Notes: generated by a model from the letters alone, not told the origin. DNA of 25,546 bases from Octopus sinensis (GCF_006345805.1 NW_021836022.1:1-25546); one strand, 5' to 3'. Numbered from the stretch's first letter, positions 1 to 10,815 are shown. Made by a program: numbers and translations.

Positions 1-182
1 GCAATGGAGAGCAACAAGAAGAAGAAGAAGAAAGCCGAGACGGAGAGCGACCATAACAACAATGGCGTCCGTTGATGTTTAGCAGGAAAAAATATTTTGA
101 TGGATTGGGCGAGGTTGTGTGATTTGCATTCAAGGAGGTTCAATTGTTGGTGATGGTGACATGCTAAATGAATATTTTGTAG

Positions 183-939
183 GGTGTGTGTGTGTGTGTG
201 CGTGTGTGTGCGTGAGTGAGTGTGTGTATGTGTATGTGTGTGTGTGTGCGTGTGTGTGCGTGAGTGAGTGTGTGTGCGTGAGTGGGTGTGTGTATGTGTA
301 TGTGTGTGTGTGTGTGCGTGTGCGTGTGTGCGTATGTGTGCGTGAGTGTGTGTGTTTGTGAGTGTGTGTGTGTGTGTGCGTGTATGTGCGTATGTGTGTG
401 TGCGTGAGTGAGTGTGTGTGCGTATGTGTGCGTGAGTGTGTGTGCGTGAGTGAGTGTGTGTATGTGTGCGTGTGTATGTGTGCGTGTGTGTGCGTATGTG
501 TGCGTGAGTGTGTGTGTGTGCGTATGTGTGTGTGTATATGCGTGTGTGTGCGTATGTGTGCGTGATTGTGTGTGCGTGAGTGAGTGTGTGTATGTGTGTG
601 TGTGTGTGCGTGTGTGTGTGTGCGTGAGTGAGTGTGTGTATGTGTATGTGTGCGTGTGTGTGAGTGTGCGCGTGAGTGACTGTTTGCGTCTGTGTGCTTG
701 TGTGTATGTATGTGTATGCTTGTCTGTGCGTGCGTGTGTGTGTCTGTGCATGTGTATGTGTGTGTACATGAGTGAGTGTGTACGCGTGAGTGAGTGTGTG
801 TATGTGTGTGTGCGTGAGTGTGTGCGTGTAGTGAGTGTGTGTGTCTGTGCGTAAGTATGCGTGTGAGTTTCTGTGCGTGCGTGCGTGAGTGCATGCGCAT
901 GTGTGAGTATGTGCGAGCGTGTGTGTGTGTGTGTGTGTG
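183..939. repeat. Compound (TG)n-derived microsatellite with CGTG/AGTG/TATG variants
   Basis: Directly visible; explains the CV-rich and TH-rich ORFs at 119-900. Confidence 0.97.
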
Positions 940-947
940 ATTGTGAA

Positions 948-1062
948 GGCGCGTGGCTTGGTGGTTAAGATATTCGGCTCGTGATCGTAAGATTGTTAGT
1001 TCGATTCCCAGTGACGCCTTGTGGCCTTGAGCAAAACACGTTACTTCACGTAACTCCAGTTC
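948..1062 (+). mobile_element. Diverged tRNA-derived SINE 5' fragment
   Basis: Starts GGCGCGTGGCTTGGTGG (Pol III A box), then AGTTCGATTCC (B box), then TTGTGGCCTTGAGCAAAACAC resembling the SINE central motif GTGTCCTTGAGCAAGACAC. Confidence 0.75.
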
Positions 1063-1329
1063 GTTAATCTGGAATTTATATTCTGACTTACTGCCATCTT
1101 CTACACAGAACCGTTCAAATTATTATCACAATCTTCTTATTACCACCATCACCCCTCCCCCCCATGATTCCCTACTACGTCTACTTCTCTGGTCTTTTCT
1201 CGCCAACGACCAACATTGACGTTCACACAAACGCAAATATGATACATTCACAGATATACATGTACACACAGCATTTCCATAGAAAATATATACACGCACG
1301 AACGTATGTTTCTTTAAATAGATAGACAA

Positions 1330-1462
1330 ATATATACATACAAACATACATACACACATACATACAGACATAATTACATACATATATATATATATACATA
1401 TGTATATATATGTGTGTGTATAAATATGTATATGTGTGCATATATATGTATATATATATATA
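1330..1462. repeat. (CATA)n/(TA)n simple repeat
   Basis: Directly visible. Confidence 0.9.
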
Positions 1463-1479
1463 TTGTTATTATTACCATT

Positions 1480-1762
1480 ATTGTTTTTACGTATTTTTGT
1501 ATTCTTATTCGTGTAACATCGTCCGTTTTCCGTCCTTGTTTTGTATACATTCGAGGCTTTCTTCCAAGGAATCTAATGCGCTTCGCTTAGATTTTCCTTT
1601 GGGGCTGGCCAGATCGGAGCAATCTCAAGATTAATGAGCCGAAATTGGTAGGATGATCCGGTTCTTGACTGAAGATTGAAGGCTTCGAATGTCCCGTCCG
1701 TGTTTTTTGTATCGTCTTCTGAATGTTTCACGTTCTTGTCCCAGTTTGTATTTTTTTACTTC
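1480..1762 (+). other. T-rich unclassified segment (probable interspersed repeat) with a structured core
   Basis: 15-bp inverted repeat at 1547-1561 and 1678-1692, internal hairpin 1562-1604, flanking imperfect direct repeats; embedded in TA tracts. Confidence 0.5.
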
Positions 1763-1769
1763 TTACAAC

Positions 1770-1881
1770 ACACATATATGATATATATAGTATATTATAT
1801 ATAGATAATAGCATGATATATATATAATATATATATATATAATAGTTATATATACTATACAATATATATATATGCATGTAT

Positions 1882-1961
<80 letters not shown>

Positions 1962-2012
1962 CATGTATATATATATACATATATATGCATGTATATATAA
2001 TCTATATATATA
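1770..2012. repeat. (TA)n microsatellite
   Basis: Directly visible. Confidence 0.95.
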
Positions 2013-2164
2013 TTACACATACAGAAACTTAGTAGAGTCCCCCTCTCAACACACATTCACAGATTCACACATACATATATACAGATACCTCGCAAGCATG
2101 ACCCGCTCCACCTGAACCTGAGACCTTCGCCACAATCCAACACCGAACCTTCCACACCACAATG

Positions 2165-2340
2165 CCCCTCCCCACGGACCCGCCACCCCCCACCGTCCGG
2201 CCACTCTCCCTCCCCGCGCCCTAACCAATCGTTTATGCATACAGCTTGAAAAGTTAATCTAAATATTAGAGTGACTCAAGTGGTTCGAGTGGAAAGTGAC
2301 CGATTGGTGTGGCTATAAATAATTGAGAAGGGGCGGTGGA
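2165..2340. promoter_or_regulatory. Promoter/enhancer-like motif cluster
   Basis: C-rich tract 2165-2221, CCAAT 2225-2229, TGACTCA 2272-2278, ATTGG 2303-2307, CTATAAATAA 2313-2322, GGGGCGG 2330-2336. Motif presence only. Confidence 0.3.
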
Positions 2341-2394
2341 GGGGAGGTGAAGGGACGGTAGGAAGGAAGGAAGGAAGGGGGTGAGGTGGGGGTA

Positions 2395-2670
2395 GTAGAA
2401 GTAGAAGTAGTAGTAGTGACGGTGGTTGTGATGGTCAGGCTAATGGGTCAGTTGATGAAGTTAACGATGATGTTGGTAATGATGATGATGATGACGATGA
2501 TGATAGTGATGATGATGGTGATGGTGACGATGATGATGATGATGATGTTAATGGTGATGGTGATGATGGTGACGATGATGTTGACGATGATGATGGTGAC
2601 GGTGACGATGGCGATGATGATGACGACGACGACGACGATGGTGATGATGGTGATGATGGTGATTATGACG

Positions 2671-2736
<66 letters not shown>

Positions 2737-2937
2737 GTGGTGATGATGATAACGATGACGACGACGATGATGATGATGACGACGACGGTGGTGATGATGA
2801 TGATAATGATGACGACGACGACGATGATGATGATGATGATGATGACGACGACGACGGCGATGATGATGATGATGACGACGACGACGACGATGATGATGTT
2901 GATGATGACGATGATGATGATGATGATGATAATGATA
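2395..2937. repeat. (GAT)n/(GAC)n/(GGT)n trinucleotide array
   Basis: Directly visible; source of the poly-Met and poly-Ser ORFs. Confidence 0.97.
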
Positions 2938-3009
2938 AAAAAGGAAAAGTGATTGTTAAAATGGAATGTGACTGCAACCGTGAGAAATATGCAAATACAT
3001 TGGAGTCTA

Positions 3010-3140
3010 TGAAGAAGAAGAAGAAAGAAGAAGAAGAAGAAGAAGAAGAAGAAATATTAGTAGTAGAAGAAGCAGAAGAAAAAGAAGAAAAAGAAGAAGA
3101 AGAAGAACAACAACAACAACAATGACAACAACAACAACAA
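3010..3140. repeat. (GAA)n then (AAC)n simple repeats
   Basis: Directly visible. Confidence 0.92.
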
Positions 3141-3625
3141 CTAGAACATCAATAGACAAAAGAACAAAAACAAAAGTAAAACCGAAGTAAAAGTCAGAGA
3201 GAAAAAGAAAGACGAAGAAAGTAAGAGAAAAAGGGAGGCAAAGAGTGAGAAGAGAATGAAGAAAATGACGAATATATTGTGAGGAGGAACTGGGGGGTGG
3301 GGTGGGGTGGGGTGGGGGTGGAGGTCGAAAAGTCGTTAAAAAGGAATAAAACGTAAGAGTTTTTGAATAAAGAATGATTGGTTGGAGCAAAGAGACGATT
3401 AAATGGTGTTTTGTAATTCGTTGGCCAATCTGGCACAATTAGACCAAATGTTGTTAATTTGTTTCCTGTTTTATGACTGAGAGACTCTGGGAAATAGGGA
3501 GTGGGGTGTTTTGGTAAAAGAAAACAAGGAAATTTGCATAAAGTGTCTGTGTGTCACTCTGACCAACATATTTATCTCTCTCTCTCTCTCTCTCTCTGCG
3601 GAGCGTTTAAAGATGTTTAAATGTT

Positions 3626-4124
3626 ATTTTCTACTCTAGTTACAAGATCCGAAATTTCTGGGGAGGGAGCAAGTCGATTAGATCGACCCCGGTACGCAAC
3701 TGGTACTTAATTTATCGACCCCGAAAGATGAAAGGCAAAGTCGACCTCGGCGGATTTTGAACTCAGAACGTAATGGCAGGTGAAATACCGCTAAGAATTT
3801 CACCCGGCGTGCTAACGTTTCTTATGTCTTTGTTGCCCACAAGGGGGTAGACATGGAGGGGAGAAACAAGGAAAGACAAAGGGATTCAGTCGATTACATC
3901 GACCCCAGTGCGTAACTGGTACTTAATTTATCGACTTCGAAACGATGAAAGGTAAAGTCGACCTCGGCGGAATTTGAACTCAGAACATAAAGACAGACGA
4001 AATACCTCTGTCTTTACTACCCACAAGGGGTTAAACACAGAGAGGACAAACAAGGACAGACAAACTGATTAAGTCGATTATATCATTCCGCCCGGTGTGC
4101 TAGCGTTTCTGCCAGCTCACCGTC
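3626..4124 (-). mobile_element. Meta-domain-like tRNA SINE, composite with internal tandem units
   Basis: Minus strand has B box GAGTTCAAATTCC and GGTCGACTTTGCCTTTCATC-TTTCGGGGTCGATAAATTAAGTACCAG, resembling the MetaSINE/Sauria-SINE domain. Flanked by a 19-bp TSD, 3607-3625 vs 4125-4143 (17/19). Related copies at 9233, 12915 and 24970. Confidence 0.9.
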
Positions 4125-4379
4125 TTAAAGACGTTTGAATGTTGGCCTCTTGTTGTTAGAGGTTTTGGAGGTGATGTTTCGATGCCCTCTCAGCCAATGA
4201 GTCGAAGATATTCAAGGAGAGACTATCGCGTCTTTTGTGTAGGTATATTCTACCTTAGACTACATTATCCAATGCGTTCTTGAAGAAATAGCTTATCATA
4301 GCTATCCGAAAAATCAATCAAAATGGAATCATCCTTTTAACGTTACGATCATTCGACGAGTTCAATTTTGTCGTTTATT

Positions 4380-4758
4380 TTTTGCTTCAGTCATTAGACT
4401 GCGGCCATGCTGGGGCACCGCCTTGAATAATTTTAGCCAAATGAATCGACTTAAGTTCTATTCATTCTTCATTGCGGTTTTTGTGTTTTGTAAACCCTGG
4501 TGCTTGTTCTATCGGTCGCTTTTTGCCCAACTGCTAAGTTACGGAGACGTAAACAGAAAACGGGCGGTCAAGCGGTGATAGGAGACACACACACACATAC
4601 ATACATATGCATACGAAGGGATTCTTTCAGTTTTCGTCTACCAAATCCACTCACAAGGATACAGTAGAAGACAATTGCCCAAGGTGCCACATCGTGAGAC
4701 TGAACCTCGAATCATGTAGTTAGGAAACAAACTTTTAACCACAGAGCCACGCCTGCGT
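4380..4758 (-). mobile_element. CORE-like tRNA SINE (family A), diverged near-full copy
   Basis: Reverse complement aligns along its length with the plus-strand copy at 16957-17360. Confidence 0.9.
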
Positions 4759-4885
4759 TACTAACGGTTATTGACAAGTCAATTAAAGCCCCCAAAATTA
4801 TGGTTCATGGATTTATTTATAATAGACACCTCAGTTTATTACAAATACAAACACACAAACACAAACATACATACACACATTTATA

Positions 4886-5026
4886 TACGACAGGATTCTT
4901 TCAGTTTCCATCTACCAAATCCACTCACAAGGCGTTGGTCGGACCGCGGCTATAGTAGAAGACACTTGCCCAAGCTGCCATGCAGTGGGACTGAGCCCGG
5001 AACTATATATGGTTGCGAAGCAACCA
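4886..5026 (-). mobile_element. Family A SINE, 5' half fragment
   Basis: TTCAGTTTCCATCTACCAAATCCACTCACAAGG...CTATAGTAGAAGACACTTGCCCAAG is the reverse complement of the family A 5' half. Confidence 0.88.
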
Positions 5027-5173
5027 TTTATCATATAGATGATGATAAAGAAGTGAAATAGAACCAGTGCGTGTGAGCATTATTGGCATAATGACGATCT
5101 CAAGGGTGCACAACTGTAATTTAGTGGTTTAACCAAATGGGCATTAAATATAAATTAAAATCTGTCACAAACG

Positions 5174-5412
5174 GAACTTTTGCACGGCCATTTTAACTAT
5201 CGATACTTTCAAGTTTGTCTCGTTCCATCCTTATTAAAGATTATAAAGTTAGTGTTTTCATGCATACTTCGCCATTTGTTTAACACATTTTTTGTGCGAT
5301 GATCAATTCGATATGATTATGGCTCATATGATGGAGTTGAGGCTGGTGGGCTAATAGGATTATGCAATTCTAGAATCACTTGAAGAGTGATTGCCATTTT
5401 ACAGATTTTAGT
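5174..5412 (-). pseudogene. Fossil hAT transposase C-terminal dimerisation region
   Basis: Minus-strand pieces in order: TKICKMAITLQV (5412-5377), KNVLNKWRSM (to 5263), SLIRMERDKLESID (5240-5199), KMAVQKF (5194-5174). These parallel the PF05699-type pattern KIALTLPVT...KNYLRSTM..ERL..LALISIERD.L.SID....V..F. Frameshifts and stops present; recognised by eye. Confidence 0.6.
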
Positions 5413-6242
5413 CATTATACAGCTGACGGTCTATTACTTTCCTATCGTATGAATAGCCATCAAGGTGATAAATTTTGGAAAAAAATAACTTATTGACGTA
5501 TTTAATGATTTAAATTTACGCATTTTAGTAGGAATCGCAATGCCGTTAAATGTCTTAGATATTACAGGAAACTTAAAGATACGTAGGCATTGCAGTTATA
5601 GTATGTCAAATGAAAAACAAGCATATATTTACAAGTTCTCCAATACGCTGTCCATTTTGACGAATTTGGTAATATTAATGGCCGCAATTCAAAATATCAT
5701 CAGATGTAGACTTATCCAAATGTGTTTCATGCTATTAGAAAAAATAATAATAATAAGCATAACGGCGAAGTAGAATACATCTCATTTCGTTCGTCTCGCG
5801 TGTATATAAATACTACGGCAAATGAAATGTAACTAGCTATGACCAACGTTCTATCATTACTGTAATCTTTATTTTTCTAAAATTTTCGTTGCGTTTTGCA
5901 ACCTTTTCAATAGCTTTCGCTATTTTGAGTCACAACAGAATATGCTTCAATACAGGAACTCACATAAAGAATCTTGCAAACCAAATCCAAAAATGACTTC
6001 ATTAATTTTGTTATTATCTGGAATGACTATTAAAAAAAATGATTATAACAGAATTAATAATATAGGCGAACGGAGGCCCAAGAAAAGCATTAAAAAGCTG
6101 AAGGGTTAAAATTTAAATTAATCAAAGTATATACTAGGTATGTCTGCCTGCTGGGAAATAACAGTCAAAGCTTTATTTAAATAGCCGTAATTTTTTGGCG
6201 ATTAAATAAGAGCTTTGACCTCTACGTGTGTGCCTGCGTGCC

Positions 6243-6450
6243 TATATATATATATATATAGATATATAGTATAATATATAATATATATTATATATATATT
6301 ATATATATATATAATATATTATATATCATGTGGGATATGCATTCACCATCCATCTCTCGGTCTATCTATCTATCTATCTATCTATCTACTATCTATCTAT
6401 CTAATCTATCTATCTATCTATCTATCTATCATCATCTATCTATCTATCAG
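6243..6450. repeat. (TA)n and (TATC)n microsatellites
   Basis: Directly visible. Confidence 0.92.
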
Positions 6451-6876
6451 TCCGCCTATCTGTCTGTCAGTCTCTGTGTTTGTGTGTGTATGTATGAATA
6501 CTATTATATTTGAGTGTAAACGAGTGTATTTATGTGTATATAAATATGCACAAACATATGTACACACACACAAACATAGACAGAAAGAGAGAAAGATAGA
6601 GAGGGAGAGAGAGGAGATAGAGATAGAGATAGAGAAGGAGAGAGAAGGAGAGAGATAGAGAGAAAGAGAAGCTTACAATTAAAAACACATATATACATGT
6701 GTATACGTGGGTAAGAATGTACGTATTTATGTCTGTCTGTCGGTCCCCGTCTCCTCTTTCTCTCTCGCTCTCTGTATATATATATGATGCATGTATATTG
6801 CTTATTTACATAAGGTATAATATATATATGGCTGTGCGCGTATGTACGTATGCAAAGGCTCATGCATGTGTGAATA

Positions 6877-6917
6877 CACACACACACACACACACATACA
6901 CACACATACACTCACAG

Positions 6918-6975
<58 letters not shown>
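6877..6975. repeat. (CA)n microsatellite
   Basis: Directly visible. Confidence 0.95.
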
Positions 6976-6977
<2 letters not shown>

Positions 6978-7302
6978 TTACATAAGTCTTTTATACATGT
7001 TTGCGTAATTAAGTAGCTGTATCGTGGAAATTAGCAGTAAAAGCGAAGAGACATTTTCGATCAGATACGCCGGCCATACTGCAGTAATAGGCAGCCATAT
7101 GGCGAGTCTAACTGAGCAGTTTACCGCCAAAAATCGCCTGACCTCTGCACTAATGAACCGTGCTGTCTGAATAGGCAGTGTTGTCTTTTATCTGAAAGAA
7201 CTGGTTAGTGATCCATGAGCGCACTTTGACAACTTGTTAAGGAAATTGTTAAATAAAGCGGCTACTTATACAATGGCGAAAGACAATGAAATAATACGAC
7301 TA

Positions 7303-7383
7303 TTGTTGTTGTTGTTGTCTCTGCTTTTGTTGTTGTTGTTGTTATTTTGGTTTCCGTTGTTGTTGTTGTTATTTTGGTTTCCG

Positions 7384-7433
<50 letters not shown>

Positions 7434-7578
7434 GGTTATTTCTTCATCGAAATTAAACGAGGTTGTGGCGTGAAATGAGAGAAGTGTGATAGGAGAGTGG
7501 GGGGAGGTAGATACAGTGTTGTTGTTGTCGTTGTTGTTGTTCTTGTTATTGTTGTTTTTGCTGTTGTTGTTGTTGTTG
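7303..7578. repeat. Interrupted (TTG)n tracts
   Basis: Directly visible; includes a duplicated unit TTATTTTGGTTTCCG(TTG)n. Confidence 0.9.
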
Positions 7579-7845
7579 CCGTTTGAAGAAATAAGAATGA
7601 TAGGCAGGATGTGAAGGCGGATCGGTGGCGACCTGTTTAGGTTGGCTAATGAGGTGAAGTTGGCAAATATGGAAGGAAAAAATGTTGGATTAGCATCAAT
7701 CTTAGTATTGCCCGTCGACACCCATTCTAAGTATGTATGGGCACAAACACATACGTACACAGACTTTGATATACACACACACACGCATACACACGCATGT
7801 ATGTGTGTGTATGCATATATCTGTACGTATATTTCTGTATAGATG

Positions 7846-7849
<4 letters not shown>

Positions 7850-7897
<48 letters not shown>

Positions 7898-7925
7898 CAT
7901 TCATAAATATATATATATGTATGTA

Positions 7926-8005
<80 letters not shown>

Positions 8006-8017
8006 CATATATATATA
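7850..8017. repeat. (TA)n plus (TCTA)n microsatellites
   Basis: Directly visible. Confidence 0.95.
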
Positions 8018-8389
8018 CTAGGAGTATCGCCCAGCGTTGTTCGGGTTTGTTTCGACCCTTTAGAATTGGAATTTTTGAAAAGTTAAAATTTTGCATTATG
8101 TAGCTTGTTATCCTCTTTAAGTGAACATTTTTCTGGTTGAAATACACCGAAAAATGGTGACACAGCATTCAAAAAATTGTAAAAAATAGGGATTTTCATA
8201 GAAAAAAAAGCACCTTGATGTAAATAATTTTTGGTGTTAACACGGTGCGATTTGAATTTTTTCTCCTACAGAAAGAAAAGCAAGCCTTCTTCTATCATAC
8301 TCTCAATTTTGGTCAATTTGCACCGCAGGGTCTCGGAGGAGATAGTGTTAGTTGAAAGCTACCAAACCTGCCATACACAGACAACTTCA

Positions 8390-8420
<31 letters not shown>
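8018..8420 (-). mobile_element. Non-autonomous Helitron
   Basis: Minus-strand 3' end CTAG (8018-8021) followed by T, subterminal hairpin CCCAGCGTTGTTCGGG (8030-8045). The 5' end TATATAAAACTGAAGTTGT merges into a TA run, so the exact TC is not visible. Termini shared with the copy at 17977. Confidence 0.85.
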
Positions 8421-8421
<1 letters not shown>

Positions 8422-8513
8422 AGTAAATTAAAGAGATATACAAGCAAAATGGTATGATTACAACCCTATTCCACTTTTCCTTTTTCTTCTCTGGGCTCTT
8501 CATTTTTACTTAT

Positions 8514-8634
8514 TCTTCGCTCTGATAAAGCTCTATGTTTGAGATCAGTTTTATTACCAAATATGATAAATATTTTTAGCATATCAATGGCGATACCATA
8601 CAACAGTGGAAGCAGAAACAGCTGTTAGATGGGA
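8514..8634 (+). ncRNA. Degenerate Penelope-type (type I) hammerhead ribozyme relic
   Basis: CTGATAA (8522-8528; G8 replaced by A), stem II GCT...AGC, GAAAC (8615-8619), palindromic AGCT, GTT triplet (8624-8626); AATAAA downstream. Confidence 0.5.
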
Positions 8635-8745
8635 TGCAGTCTATTTGTATTGAATTAATAAATACTATTTAATCTAAATCAATTGTTGTTTATCAATGTT
8701 TCTCCATTTTCTCTTTTCTTTATACACACACACACAAAAAACACA

Positions 8746-8776
<31 letters not shown>

Positions 8777-9232
8777 CACACCACACACACACACAACACA
8801 CACAACACAATATATTATATATTATATTATATATATATATAACGTCTGTCGGAGGCGAGCAATTTAAGTCTTCGAAGTCACTAACATTTCCTTCTAAGAA
8901 TTTCATAAACAGGTACTCTACTAAAATCTATTAAGTAATACCTCAGTGTGATATTAAGCTGCTTTTAAATATAATCTGACATAAATATACACACAAATAT
9001 ATATGCATGTATGTATTTATGTACGTATGTATGTGTGCATGTATCTTTGTGTGTGTATTATACTTGTACAAGAAAGTGGGAGACAATAATTTCGAACATC
9101 CGACTTACTAGCATTCGTCGGAGTGACCGAGGGAAGCTAGCAGACTGAAATTCGGTTTCATTGTAATCCTTTTCTTTAAAAGCTTAATATATGGATGCAT
9201 AGTATGTATGTATGTTCATCCAGATATAAATT

Positions 9233-9444
9233 ATCCTTTTCTGCTCTAGGCACAAGACCCGAAATTTTTGGGGAGGGGGCTTGTCGATTAGATCGACCCC
9301 AGTACGCAACTGGTTCTTAATTTATCGACCCCGAAAGGATGAAAGGCAAAGTCGACCCCGGCGAAATTTGTCACAACGTAAAGACAGACGAAATACCGCT
9401 AAGCACCTCGCCCGGCGTGCTAAAGTTTCTGCCACCTCGCCGCC
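9233..9444 (-). mobile_element. Meta-domain-like tRNA SINE, monomer
   Basis: Same family as 3626-4124; minus strand starts GGCGGCGAGGTGGCAGAAAC. TSD-like TCCAGATAT(G)AAAT at 9219-9232 and 9446-9459. Confidence 0.9.
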
Positions 9445-9540
9445 TTCCAGATATGAAATATTAGGAAAAGATAAAATGGTATTATAAAAACAATAATGAG
9501 TAGATTGCGATAAATGTTTCACCTGTTTTTGAGTCAAAAT

Positions 9541-9542
9541 AA

Positions 9543-9632
<90 letters not shown>

Positions 9633-9657
9633 AACAATGATAACAATAATAATAATA
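9541..9657. repeat. (AAT)n/(GAT)n tract
   Basis: Directly visible. Confidence 0.95.
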
Positions 9658-9937
9658 ATGTGGAATCTGAAAACAGAAACAATTCCTATCATAATAGGTG
9701 CATTAGGCATGATAACAAAAATATTCAGACAAATACATAACAAAAAACACCAGGACTTACAAAAACACATATAACATACAGAAAATTGCACTACTAGGGC
9801 ACTGCACACATTCCTACGCAGAACACTTTCCATACAATAACCATCAGAGCATCACAAACAAATCACAGCACATACCCAAAGGCACACAGAGCTGCGCTCA
9901 GTAGTGAAGTTGAAAGCACGCTATAAAAATAAAACTA

Positions 9938-9941
<4 letters not shown>
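9658..9941 (+). mobile_element. 5'-truncated R4/Dong-type non-LTR retrotransposon (RLE C-terminus plus 3' UTR)
   Basis: Across frameshifts reads MWNLKTETIPIIIGALGMI...YNIQKIALLGTAHILRRTLSIQ* (stop 9838-9840), the typical C-terminus of RLE-clade elements. Flanked on both sides by (TAA)n, the known Dong target. Confidence 0.88.
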
Positions 9942-10000
<59 letters not shown>

Positions 10001-10095
10001 CATAATTATAATAATGATGATGATGATGATGACGTTGATAGTAATAATAATAATAATAATAATAACAACAACAACAACAACAACAGTAACAACCA
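9942..10095. repeat. (AAT)n, (GAT)n, (AAC)n tracts
   Basis: Directly visible. Confidence 0.93.
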
Positions 10096-10574
10096 CAGTG
10101 CCGCTTTAATTATTGTGATGTCCCATAAATAGTTATTAGGTAAAATTGAAATTAATTCAGCTGCAAACGGCTTGATTCACTGACAAACCTATCTGTGACA
10201 ATTATCTCTTAATACGACTCCCTCCTCCCCCTTATACCCAAACACGCACACGCACACTCACACTCACACATATCAGTCTGTCTGTGCCGTCTCGCTCTCT
10301 TCCAATCTCTCTCTCTTTCTCTCTTTCTTTCTTCTCTCTCTTTAGCGGTCCACCTTTTGTCGTTGTGTTCTTACTCTCTCTCACCTTCCCTCCCATCTCT
10401 ATTCCCGCTGTTCTCTTCCTCTCCCTTTCGCCCTGCTTCTCTTTTCCTACACACATGAAGAACACACACACACACACACACACATATATATTTCTAGAAT
10501 CGACTGCAAACTCTCCAGAACAGACCACCACTTGCAGACTTTGTGATTGGAACCAACACCGTTACCATCACTAC

Positions 10575-10597
10575 GGCTGCTGCCGCTGCTGCTGCTG

Positions 10598-10636
<39 letters not shown>

Positions 10637-10669
10637 ATAATAATAATAATAATAATACTGCTGCTGCTG

Positions 10670-10720
<51 letters not shown>

Positions 10721-10753
10721 ATAATAATAATAATAATAATACTGCTGCTGCTG

Positions 10754-10815
<62 letters not shown>

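Noticed and set aside
1669-1693. CTGAAGA...CGAATGTC hammerhead-like string
   Set aside because: GAAA is absent (GAAT) and there is no stem III.
6098-6108. AAGGGTTAA resembling a piggyBac terminus
   Set aside because: No matching TTAACCCT left end found.
7172-7195. TAGGCAGTGT resembling the miR-34 5' end
   Set aside because: No complementary 3' arm, and the rest does not match miR-34.
7266-7904. 212-aa minus ORF with poly-Asn/Thr
   Set aside because: Begins in a TA repeat and stays open mainly because (AAC)n lacks stops; no recognisable motif or good acceptor.
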